Source: Methanobacteriota archaeon
Lineage (GTDB): Archaea > Thermoplasmatota > Poseidoniia > Poseidoniales > Thalassarchaeaceae
DNA: 45,876 bases
NCBI GenBank assembly: GCA_002730095.1
Contig: PBZE01000047.1
Location: forward strand, 1 to 45,876
Reading direction: 5' to 3'
The notes below the pieces were generated by a model. That model was not told the origin of the DNA and did no database searches. It worked only from the letters and a program-made list of their open reading frames with translations. The translations under genes were made by a program, and so were the position numbers. Each line of letters opens with the position of its first letter. Within the stretch, counting starts at the first letter, position 1. Positions 9,608 to 18,519 of this stretch are shown here, piece by piece.

Positions 9608-10375
9608 TTAGCCCAGAGAAGGATCATTCAGGGCGTAATTATACGATAGAGCATCCCCGATTCTAACCCAATCAGGTGTAGTGCCATCAATCCAATCATA
9701 TCTGTGACCAGGTATAAGCCTCCAATCTTCGGGAAGGCTCTTCAGAATATTTTTTGCATGTCGAATGCTACTCCATTGATCTCTCGGGCTGCTTCCAGGC
9801 AGATCTACTCTCCCCATTCCATTAGTGAATAGCAGGTCACCTGCATGATATACCCCATGGCCATGGATAGTGACGTGACCGGGGGCATGTCCCGGAGAAT
9901 GAGTCACCATCAGGGAAATCGATCCAGCTTCCCATTCTACTGATGTATTAGGAGCATTTTTCCAAGTCCTATCGAAGTCAACATTTTCGAATACTACATG
10001 ATTTATCAGATCCGGAACTCGAGCATCTTCATGCCCCCAAACTTCCACATCAGGATTTAGTTCAATCATCGATGAGTATCCAGCTACATGATCTCTATGG
10101 GTGTGAGTGTACAAGAGATGGGTGGGATTGAGGCCCTCTTGAGCTAGTGCGTCAGTCCATCTGACCGAATCGAACGGGTCGACAATTACCACGATTTCAT
10201 TTTCTCTGTCTATGAATGCAGTATTCATATTCATGTACGCTCCCATCTGAGTGACCCAGACCTCTATCCCATCCCCTACTAGTGCTTTGTCGAACTCCCC
10301 GTCTGCTAGCATGTTCTGTCGCAACCCGCCATATCCAATAGCTATGGCGGAAGTGTCTATGGGGGCAGGGTTCAA
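9608..10375 (-). CDS. Metallo-beta-lactamase-fold hydrolase (glyoxalase II-like)
   Basis: THTHRDH, SPGHAPG, AGDLLF, GRVDLPG, PGH. Confidence 0.9.
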   Translation of the reverse strand: MNPAPIDTSAIAIGYGGLRQNMLADGEFDKALVGDGIEVWVTQMGAYMNMNTAFIDRENEIVVIVDPFDSVRWTDALAQEGLNPTHLLYTHTHRDHVAGYSSMIELNPDVEVWGHEDARVPDLINHVVFENVDFDRTWKNAPNTSVEWEAGSISLMVTHSPGHAPGHVTIHGHGVYHAGDLLFTNGMGRVDLPGSSPRDQWSSIRHAKNILKSLPEDWRLIPGHRYDWIDGTTPDWVRIGDALSYNYALNDPSLG

Positions 10376-10500
10376 AATCGCCCCACCTCTAGGAGGTGCG
10401 TGGCAAGAATATCCCTAACGAAGCTCTATCCGGAGAGATGGTCGGCGTTGCTGACTCTTCAGCAAGGCGCCTAGTTCCCCTAGGAGTCGAGGTGAGAAAG

Positions 10501-13359
10501 ATGTCGTATGATGCTCATGAAGTCGAGAATAAATGGCAGCGCATATGGGCGGAAGACAGAGTTTTTGAAGTCGAAGTCGATATTTCAAAGCCCAAGTTCT
10601 ACTGCCTTGAAATGTTTCCATACCCCTCAGGTAATATGCACATGGGGCATGTTAGAAACTACTCAATAGGGGATGCGATGGCTAGATTTCAGAGAATGAT
10701 GGGAAAGAATGTGCTCTACCCCATGGGATACGACTCCTTTGGGATGCCAGCAGAAAATGCCGCAAAGAAGGAATCTGGACATCCTCACACAGTCACAGAG
10801 AGAAACATCTCCATGATAAGAGCCGATCAAGAGAGAATGGGATATTCATATGATTGGAGGAGGATGTTCGCAACCTCTACCCCGGAGTATTATCGATGGA
10901 ATCAAGAGATATTTCTGAAATTCTATGAGGCAGGTCTTGTTGAGAGAAGATTTGCCCCTGTAAACTGGTGCAATGATTGTGACACAGTCTTGGCAAATGA
11001 GCAAGTCAAGAATAATCGATGTTGGAGATGCGGCCTTGAGGTAGTGCAGAAAGATATGGCTCAGTGGTTCCTCAAGATGACTATGTATGCCGATGAGCTC
11101 TTAGAAGAGCTTGACGAGATAGAATTCCCAGAGAACGTGAAAACCATGCAAAGAAACTGGATTGGACGTTCACAAGGTGCTCACATCAATTTCGAGATAG
11201 TCGACTCTGGGTCGGTAATCGGTGCCTTCACTACACGACCAGACACAATTTTTGGAGTAACTTTTGTAACACTTTCTCCCGAACATCCCCTATGTCAAGA
11301 GTTAGTATCCGGAACAGAGTATGAAGAAGCATGGACTGAGTTGAGGGATGAATGCTCGAGGATGACCGAATTCGAGAGAATAAACATGCTGAAGGAGAAG
11401 AAAGGAGTGCCACTAGGGAAGTTTGCCATCAATCCTCTCAGCGGGGAAGAAGTTCCAATTTATGCTGGAAATTTCGTTGTTGCAAGCTACGGTACCGGAG
11501 CAGTAATGGGAGTTCCGGGGCATGATCAGAGGGACTATGACTTCGCGAAGAAGTATGGAATCCCAATTAAGCCGGTCCTCGTAAGAAATAAGGGAGATGT
11601 GGCAGAGGAAGAAAATCCAGTATTCGACGGATTGGGTTGGATGGTCAACTCAACCAGGGAAACCTTCGACGGATTGTTTGGCAACGAGGCGAAGGAAGCC
11701 GTCATTTCATCCTTGGAGAACGAGGGATCGGGGCATGGCACTATCCAGTATAGGCTCAAGGACTGGCTCTTGAGCCGCCAGAGATTCTGGGGGACCCCAA
11801 TACCCATGATTCATTGTGATGATTGCGGTGTCGTTCCAGTCAATTCTTCTGACTTGCCAGTTGAGCTTCCTCTTGATGTCAAATTCAGCTGGGAAGACAG
11901 TGGAAACCCTCTAGCCTCAAACAACAAATTCCTAGAGGCGACATGTCCAAATTGCGGCAACCAAGCAACCCGTGAAACAGATACAATGGATACCTTTTAC
12001 GACTCATCTTGGTATTTCATGAGATTTGCAGATTCAAACAATGATTCAGAGCCATTTGCATCACAGAACGTGAATTATTGGTTGGAAGGCGGAGTCGATC
12101 TATACATAGGAGGCATAGAGCATGCGGTGATGCATCTCCTTTATGCCCGATTCTTCACTAAGGCCACACGAGATTTGGGAATGAATTTGGTAGGCGAACC
12201 CTTTGGCCGCCTTGTATGCCAAGGAATGCTAAACGCCCCCGCGCCTTTCTGTGTCAGTTGTAATTCTGAATATCATGTAGACTATTTTGGCGGGAAGTGC
12301 CCCAATTGTGGAAATACACTCAGTACTAGATCAGTAAAAATGGGCAAGTCACTAGGAAATACGATTAGTCCAGGAGATATGGTTGAGAAGTTCGGTGCAG
12401 ACACCGTACGACTATTCATCCTCTTTGGAGCAAACCCAGAGGCCGGAATGGATTGGTCCGACAGCGCGTTGGAAGCAAATAGTCGTCAAATGAATCAGAT
12501 CATTGAGGCTTTCAGAAATGCTTCAGATATCGAATCTAAGAGCTGTGAAATGGATGATTGGTTACTTGGTCGTTTACTTGACAATCGCACAAGATGGGTA
12601 GACGCGATGAATGATGTAAGCCTTCGAGAAGGTGTTATGATTAGCCACTTTGAAATGCTCTCAGACTGGCAGTGGTACCGAAGAAGAGGTGGATCCGACA
12701 AATCCACAATACAACGCTATCTTACAAATTGGGCAGAGATGCTAGCTCCAGCCACTCCCCATATAGCGGAGGAATTCTGGAATTGGCTGGGCGGAGAGGG
12801 CTTACTCGCTTCCAATACCCTTTCGAATATTTCCGATCTTTCATCGAGGAACTGGTCGAATATTCTAGCGAGGGAAGAATATTTACGAGATCTGATAGAC
12901 TCTGCCAGGAATATCAAATCTCTCGCACAGAAGCACTCTGAGACCCCATTAACAAAGATGGTTATACAAACATCACCATCATGGAAATCCGAATTAGCTT
13001 GTAATGCTGTTGAGATGTCAATATTGGATTTCGATTTCAAGGAAAAGGGACAGGACTATCTCAAGAATCTACCAATCTTTGAAAATGAAAATCTCAGAGG
13101 CGAAATTTTCCAAACTTGGATGTCCCTGACTTCAGGAACAAAGAAGAAGAGGGGCAAGATAAACACATGGTCAGAAGGACAGAAGACTCTAGTGAAGAAC
13201 CGTTTTGATGAATCATCCACAATAAACAAAAACTCAGATTTTATCGCCAATTCCCTAGGAATAGAAAGTGTGACATCATACAGGGTAGGTGATGGCATGG
13301 ATGTGGCTGGAAAGGCAAAGGTCTCTTTCCCATTGGAGCCCGGAATCGCATTTATCTGA
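10501..13359 (+). CDS. leuS: Leucyl-tRNA synthetase (bacterial-type core, archaeal-like C-terminus)
   Basis: MFPYPSG..HMGH, TTRPDT editing motif, YGTGAVM.VP.HDQRD, SRQR.WG.PIP, GG.EHA..HL.YARF, KMGKS. GAGGTGA SD at 10489-10495 supports the ATG at 10501. Confidence 0.96.
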   Translation: MSYDAHEVENKWQRIWAEDRVFEVEVDISKPKFYCLEMFPYPSGNMHMGHVRNYSIGDAMARFQRMMGKNVLYPMGYDSFGMPAENAAKKESGHPHTVTERNISMIRADQERMGYSYDWRRMFATSTPEYYRWNQEIFLKFYEAGLVERRFAPVNWCNDCDTVLANEQVKNNRCWRCGLEVVQKDMAQWFLKMTMYADELLEELDEIEFPENVKTMQRNWIGRSQGAHINFEIVDSGSVIGAFTTRPDTIFGVTFVTLSPEHPLCQELVSGTEYEEAWTELRDECSRMTEFERINMLKEKKGVPLGKFAINPLSGEEVPIYAGNFVVASYGTGAVMGVPGHDQRDYDFAKKYGIPIKPVLVRNKGDVAEEENPVFDGLGWMVNSTRETFDGLFGNEAKEAVISSLENEGSGHGTIQYRLKDWLLSRQRFWGTPIPMIHCDDCGVVPVNSSDLPVELPLDVKFSWEDSGNPLASNNKFLEATCPNCGNQATRETDTMDTFYDSSWYFMRFADSNNDSEPFASQNVNYWLEGGVDLYIGGIEHAVMHLLYARFFTKATRDLGMNLVGEPFGRLVCQGMLNAPAPFCVSCNSEYHVDYFGGKCPNCGNTLSTRSVKMGKSLGNTISPGDMVEKFGADTVRLFILFGANPEAGMDWSDSALEANSRQMNQIIEAFRNASDIESKSCEMDDWLLGRLLDNRTRWVDAMNDVSLREGVMISHFEMLSDWQWYRRRGGSDKSTIQRYLTNWAEMLAPATPHIAEEFWNWLGGEGLLASNTLSNISDLSSRNWSNILAREEYLRDLIDSARNIKSLAQKHSETPLTKMVIQTSPSWKSELACNAVEMSILDFDFKEKGQDYLKNLPIFENENLRGEIFQTWMSLTSGTKKKRGKINTWSEGQKTLVKNRFDESSTINKNSDFIANSLGIESVTSYRVGDGMDVAGKAKVSFPLEPGIAFI

Positions 13360-13406
13360 ATCTAGTAAAGGGAAATTTTCAATCAGCCCCCCCTCCTCAC
13401 ATTGAC

Positions 13407-16196
13407 ATGGTAGCGGAGGACTTCGGAGAAATCAGCTTCTCAGGAAAACTCAGGCCATCACAGCTTGCTTCTTCTGAAGTTATCAAGAAAGAGCTGGATC
13501 GGAACTCTAAGGAATTACTCATCGTAGCCCCTCCTGGATCCGGAAAGACTGTTTTGGGATTATATGTCTGGTCAGATTTAGTCAGACTCCCTACATTGGT
13601 TTTGAGCCCCAACTCCGCCATACAGGCCCAATGGGTCGAGAGAGCAAAGGAATTATTCTATCTGGATGGCAGGGAAGGTGATATAGGAACAGACCCAAAG
13701 AAGCCAGGCATCCTTACCTCACTTACATACCAGTCAGTCACACTCCCAAAGAGAGGTGGAGATAGCCTAGATGAATCGGCATTGGAATTGTGGATTAGTA
13801 GTCTGATGACACCGAACCAGGAAGATGGCTCCGTAGAGGCGGAAGATGAGGAGAGTGCTCAGGCATGGATAGGAGATTTGGAGGAGAAGAATCCGGAATA
13901 CTACTCTGATAGAATGGGACATTTCAGAAAGAAGGTTAGAGACTCTCTCTCTGAACATGGAAACGCTCTATGGGTCCTCCATGAGTCCTCACAGGACAAT
14001 CTGAAGAGACTCGCCGAGGTGGGAGTAGGGCTAATCATTCTCGATGAGTGCCATCACCTAATGGACCATTGGGGGAGGGTACTAGTTGAGATTAAGGAAT
14101 TTCTCGGAAATCCAATAATATTGGGGCTTACTGCCACACCTCCTGACAAAGCTAGCGAATCTTCTTCAAGTAGATATCTGGAACTATTTGGGGAGGTTGA
14201 CTATGAAGTCCCAGTTCCAGCACTTGTTAGAGATGCCAATCTCGCTCCATACCAGGACTTGGCTTACTTCGTTCGCCCCTCATCTGATGAGCTGAAATAC
14301 ATATCCAATGTTGACAAGGACTTCAACGAACTCCTCGAAGAATTAAGCAGGGGGCCTCAAGATAGAGAAGGAAGAACACCCAGACTTGATGTTTGGCTGG
14401 CAAAGGTCCTAGATGGACTAATCTTACCGGGAGGCAAAGCAAAGGATTGGAATGCATTCTATAGAAGGGATCCAAGACTAGCTGATGCGTCTAGAGCATA
14501 TCTCACAACCAGAAATCTGAGCTTGCCTCCTAATGTCCCCCCTCCTCCTCCTAATCTTGCATCAGCGGGAAGGAGTATGGACATTCTAATTACCGTACTA
14601 GATCGATACATCAGGAATGGCCTCATGAGGTCAAAAAGCTTGGATGATCATTCCCTAGCAGAGGAAGCGAAAAGAAAACTGAGGATGACAGGTGTGCAAA
14701 TTACAGGTAGCGGTCCTAGGCTATGCGCGTCCCCCGTTGGCAGGGTGATGGCATATGCCTCCGCAAAGTACGACGCACTCAGAAATATCCTGACCGCAGA
14801 GATGCAGGCACTTGGCCCCGATATCAGAGCTGTGATTGTTACCGACTTCGAGAAGACTTCTGCAACCGCATTAGTAGAGGGAGTTCTGGATGATGATGCT
14901 GGCGGAGCAGTGGCAGCTTTCCGAGCTATCCTCGGTACAGAGGATACCGATCGTCTAGATCCAGTTTTAATGACTGGTACTACAGTGCTCGTTGATGATG
15001 ATTTATTGGAGAGAATATTTCCTAGATTCGAAAAGTGGTCCTTTGAGAGAAATCTGGACATAAAATTCGACTATATTGAGCGAGGTGAGTACTTTGAGAT
15101 TCGTGGGCGAGGTAAGGATTGGCTACCAAGATATTACACAATGATGATTACGGAACTATTCCAAGAAGGGGTGACAAAATGCATTGTTGGCACAAGGGGC
15201 CTTCTTGGAGAAGGATGGGATGCTAGTAGAATAAATGTGCTTATCGACCTTACCACGGTAACAACAAGTATGAGTATCAATCAACTTAGAGGCAGGTCTT
15301 TCAGGCTCGACAAACATTGGCCTGATAAAGTAGCTAACAACTGGGATATCATATGTCTGGCTGATGAATTCACCAAGGGATTTGATGACTATCTAAGATT
15401 CAAGCGCAAGCACAAGCAACTGTATGGAGTATGTGATGATGGAGCTATCGAAAAGGGAGTTGGACACGTCCACGCGGCATTCACCGAGGCTGAGCCCGAA
15501 GGTGTGTCCGAAACAATGCAGATATTCAATGAAGAGATGTTGATGAGAGCAATGAACAGACCTAGGACCCGAGATCTTTGGGGTATCGGACAACCTTTCA
15601 ATGCAGTTCCTAAAGAGGCAATAGAGATCAAAGGTGCATTCGAGGGAGGTTTTCCAATTGCACGTAGAATCGGACTAGCTGGGTGGACCGACGAATCTCT
15701 TGTTCAGGCCATATCAAATGTTGTAGCGACTTCATTACAGGCCCTCGGGCACATAGGATATGATGCAAAGGTCGGAGGAGGGAATAGAGGAGGGGGTTGG
15801 TTAAGGGCGTACCTAGAAGACGCGACTGAGGAGGAATCGGAGATTTTTGCGGAAGCCATGCAGGAGGTACTCGGGCCTCTTGAAAATCCTAGATATGTAA
15901 TTCCAAGGGAAGTCAGAGTCATAAGCGAAACATGGTTGAGTGAGATGCTCCCTGAAGTCCTAGCCAAGTTCTTCCGCAAGAAGAGTAACACACTGGCGAT
16001 GTATCACGCAGTTCCTAAGATATTATGCAGAAACATCGAGGATGCCAAGGTGTTTGAGAAACAGTGGAACTTCAAGGTTAGTCCAGGGGAGGTAGTCTAT
16101 GGCCACAGCAGGAGCGGAAAGGAAACTGTTAGTACCATCAAGAGGGCAGGCCTGTCACCAAAAACCTCATTCCATCGAAAAAGCGTATTTTTGTGA
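13407..16196 (+). CDS. SF2 DEAD/DEAH-box (ResIII-like) helicase
   Basis: APPGSGKT, DECHH, LTATP, LLGEGWDA, QLRGRSFR. Confidence 0.88.
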   Translation: MVAEDFGEISFSGKLRPSQLASSEVIKKELDRNSKELLIVAPPGSGKTVLGLYVWSDLVRLPTLVLSPNSAIQAQWVERAKELFYLDGREGDIGTDPKKPGILTSLTYQSVTLPKRGGDSLDESALELWISSLMTPNQEDGSVEAEDEESAQAWIGDLEEKNPEYYSDRMGHFRKKVRDSLSEHGNALWVLHESSQDNLKRLAEVGVGLIILDECHHLMDHWGRVLVEIKEFLGNPIILGLTATPPDKASESSSSRYLELFGEVDYEVPVPALVRDANLAPYQDLAYFVRPSSDELKYISNVDKDFNELLEELSRGPQDREGRTPRLDVWLAKVLDGLILPGGKAKDWNAFYRRDPRLADASRAYLTTRNLSLPPNVPPPPPNLASAGRSMDILITVLDRYIRNGLMRSKSLDDHSLAEEAKRKLRMTGVQITGSGPRLCASPVGRVMAYASAKYDALRNILTAEMQALGPDIRAVIVTDFEKTSATALVEGVLDDDAGGAVAAFRAILGTEDTDRLDPVLMTGTTVLVDDDLLERIFPRFEKWSFERNLDIKFDYIERGEYFEIRGRGKDWLPRYYTMMITELFQEGVTKCIVGTRGLLGEGWDASRINVLIDLTTVTTSMSINQLRGRSFRLDKHWPDKVANNWDIICLADEFTKGFDDYLRFKRKHKQLYGVCDDGAIEKGVGHVHAAFTEAEPEGVSETMQIFNEEMLMRAMNRPRTRDLWGIGQPFNAVPKEAIEIKGAFEGGFPIARRIGLAGWTDESLVQAISNVVATSLQALGHIGYDAKVGGGNRGGGWLRAYLEDATEEESEIFAEAMQEVLGPLENPRYVIPREVRVISETWLSEMLPEVLAKFFRKKSNTLAMYHAVPKILCRNIEDAKVFEKQWNFKVSPGEVVYGHSRSGKETVSTIKRAGLSPKTSFHRKSVFL

Positions 16197-16952
16197 TTAT
16201 TTTGTGCAATTATTGCAATCTATCCCAGATCCCGCATGATCTGAGCAGAACCTGTTTCGGCATGTGTAGCATCTGAAGTCGAAGGCTGTGACCTCAGCAG
16301 AGCAACCGGGGTGGCCGCAATATTCCACATTAGGAGTGGATGAAGAGCCAACATGGGTCCCAGCCTTGAAGGCGTCCGCCTTGGCTCTCGACTCCTTGTC
16401 CGAGTCATATCCCTCCTCCCACCAGTCATCACCAACCTCCTCACTAGAATCTCTGGAGTTGTTTTCCTCTTGTAGTCCAAGAATCTTGATTACATAAGGG
16501 CTGGATAAAAAACGATTCTCAATACCGTATTGTTCTAATCTACGTTGACCATCCTCTCTGGATCTAATTTCCCCCCCTTTAACCTGTAGGAAATCTATCA
16601 GCCTATCATACGAGCGGATGTATCCGGGTGAGAGACTCCGATTCAGATCCAATGGTCTGCGAATCGGATATCCGCGATAATCAGTGGGAGCAGATGTCCT
16701 CCCAATCACGGGGGTCTTTCCTTGCTGGAAGCCGACGAACAGAAGCATCACGACTATTGGACCAAATGCGGAGAGACACGCATAGAATGCAACCCCTTCC
16801 CCGATTCCACTGGATATGAAAAGAGCTAGGAGAATTGCGGGGATAAAAAAGACAAGTTTGTTGTCGGTTCTTTCATCAACATATTTTATTCCCCCCCAAA
16901 CCCCGCTAAAAAATAAAATAATGAGCATTAATGCAATTTCTAGGCCTGACAA
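16197..16952 (-). CDS. Membrane protein with C-terminal AN1-like zinc finger
   Basis: About 3 N-terminal TM helices; C-x4-C-x10-C-x2-C-x4-C-x2-H plus CxxC at the C-terminus; GAGGG upstream of the TTG. Confidence 0.7.
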   Translation of the reverse strand: MSGLEIALMLIILFFSGVWGGIKYVDERTDNKLVFFIPAILLALFISSGIGEGVAFYACLSAFGPIVVMLLFVGFQQGKTPVIGRTSAPTDYRGYPIRRPLDLNRSLSPGYIRSYDRLIDFLQVKGGEIRSREDGQRRLEQYGIENRFLSSPYVIKILGLQEENNSRDSSEEVGDDWWEEGYDSDKESRAKADAFKAGTHVGSSSTPNVEYCGHPGCSAEVTAFDFRCYTCRNRFCSDHAGSGIDCNNCTK

Positions 16953-16964
16953 AGCTATCCCTCA

Positions 16965-17068
16965 AAGGAGTAGCCAAGGCGCTGTCCCGGCGCCTTGGCC
17001 GGTGAAGTACCTGAGATTGATGCGTAGCATCTGCAGTCACTGCCCTATCGGGCTCCTTCTCTGGGACA
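16965..17068 (+). ncRNA. Candidate structured non-coding RNA (multibranch with possible pseudoknot), family unrecognised
   Basis: Closing stem AAGGAG/CTCCTT; perfect 10-bp hairpin 16973-16999; three further hairpins; loop TGTCCCG complementary to TGGGACA (17062-17068). G-U pairs favour the + strand. Confidence 0.5.
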
Positions 17069-17142
17069 TTACGCTCTAGGGGCTCTGAAACATAAACTAA
17101 ATCCCTTATTCCCCTTCCCCTCGCTTAATTATGTATAAATCA

Positions 17143-18441
17143 CTAGTTTCTGACCACTATTCTCATAGACGCTTCCACACTACCTGAAACTTCCCCTTCT
17201 CCCTCCCTAATTGGGAGCCCTAGACGAGAACAGAGCTCCAGATGGGGAGCGGACCATGGGTGTGCACACCTCTCACTTGCCCCATAACCAAGTACAGTCA
17301 ACGGCTCAACTTCTCCAACCCATTCGCCCTGTGCCATACGGCCGGTGATTCTTACCCATGCATGTTCGAATTTCCGAATATCATGCTCAAATTGATTCAA
17401 ACCTGCTCCCGATAACCGACTGAGGAGGAAATCACGGGGTATCGCACGAGGCACAATAGCAAGGGCCCTGACTCCATCACTGAGAAAAGCCACAGGCCCA
17501 ATATCCATCGAATCGAAGATCCCATTTGCCTTCTCCACCGCCTTTTTCATTTCACCCCATTTTTGAGGCAGCCAAACAACAATCGCTGAGCGATCTTTAG
17601 TTCCAGAAACATGACTGCTAACCTCTATACTGGTGTATTCAGAACCCTGATCTGAGTGCTTTCCAACATCTTTAGTACTGAATTTTGGCCATTTTATTGT
17701 TGGCATCGACAGAGGAGGATTCCTCGGAATCTCAATTGCAGAGGAGTGTCTAGGAATCAAGTCAATCCATTCATCCACTGGAAGATCTAACCAATCTTCC
17801 TGCATTATGGTACATTGCCATCCAGTTGCCCCATGAAGTGTTCCTGGGACTCTGATAATCCGACGAGTATCTGCGGTTACTACGGGATCAACAGGAAATC
17901 CAGCCTCAATCACCCTCTCCAATAATTCCTTCCGACTCCTACGAACCTCCTGCTCTCTTCTTACTGGATCCGGCTCTGAAAAGAGACTACGATCAGGGTC
18001 TCTTGCGATAATGTGGAATCCCTTACTGCCCGAAAAGCAGATGTGCTTAATATCCAATTCAGTGTTCTCTAGAAGCCAATCTCTGACTCCTTGAGTCGCT
18101 GATCTGGCCTGCTCTAGCTTCGTCTTGCAAAAGGGACGGATATCAATATCGAAGACAACGAGATGATCAAGGAGTATGGGATAAGGCCTTTTTGTATCCT
18201 TCAGTCTAGGCAGATTTACTGGATTAATCCATGAAGATGTTGAGACATAAACGTCTGTTGGCATGCATCCACTGAAATCTTGTATCAGCTTCTTTCCTGT
18301 AGATATCCTACGTCGCGAAGTTATCCACGGTCCTTTCAGAGATTTCCATCTAAATTGGTGCTGAGATGGTTTTGAAAGCCAAGTGAGGTCTATCTCCCCC
18401 ATCTCTGAGTAGTGTCTTTCGAGATTTTCCTCAGTCCACAT
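17143..18441 (-). CDS. Archaeo-eukaryotic primase (PriS-like) with C-terminal extension
   Basis: DVYVS, VVFDID (motif I), FSGSKGFH (motif II), VDPVVTADTRRIIRVPGTLH (motif III). Start moved to ATG 18441 to avoid overlap with the divergent gene. Confidence 0.85.
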   Translation of the reverse strand: MWTEENLERHYSEMGEIDLTWLSKPSQHQFRWKSLKGPWITSRRRISTGKKLIQDFSGCMPTDVYVSTSSWINPVNLPRLKDTKRPYPILLDHLVVFDIDIRPFCKTKLEQARSATQGVRDWLLENTELDIKHICFSGSKGFHIIARDPDRSLFSEPDPVRREQEVRRSRKELLERVIEAGFPVDPVVTADTRRIIRVPGTLHGATGWQCTIMQEDWLDLPVDEWIDLIPRHSSAIEIPRNPPLSMPTIKWPKFSTKDVGKHSDQGSEYTSIEVSSHVSGTKDRSAIVVWLPQKWGEMKKAVEKANGIFDSMDIGPVAFLSDGVRALAIVPRAIPRDFLLSRLSGAGLNQFEHDIRKFEHAWVRITGRMAQGEWVGEVEPLTVLGYGASERCAHPWSAPHLELCSRLGLPIREGEGEVSGSVEASMRIVVRN

Positions 18442-18519
18442 GACAGTCCCCCTATGCCCAAGAAGGGACTCCAGACTTTGTTTTATTCCAAATATGTCGT
18501 CATTTGACTCGGTGGGTTC

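Noticed and set aside
10396-10500. N-terminal extension of leuS from the ORF track
   Set aside because: A strong GAGGTGA SD and the typical LeuRS start (Y....E.KWQ..W) point to ATG 10501.
16965-17068. Assignment to HDV ribozyme, NiCo or TPP riboswitch, C/D guide or tRNA
   Set aside because: Only fragments match (GUCCC/GGGAC, GGGACA, CUGAGA, CUGA-N3-UGAUG). The required cores and spacings are missing, so it is left unassigned.
16816-17079. 87-aa + strand ORF over the candidate RNA
   Set aside because: It overlaps the AN1-finger gene antisense and has no protein-like motif; base pairing explains the region better.
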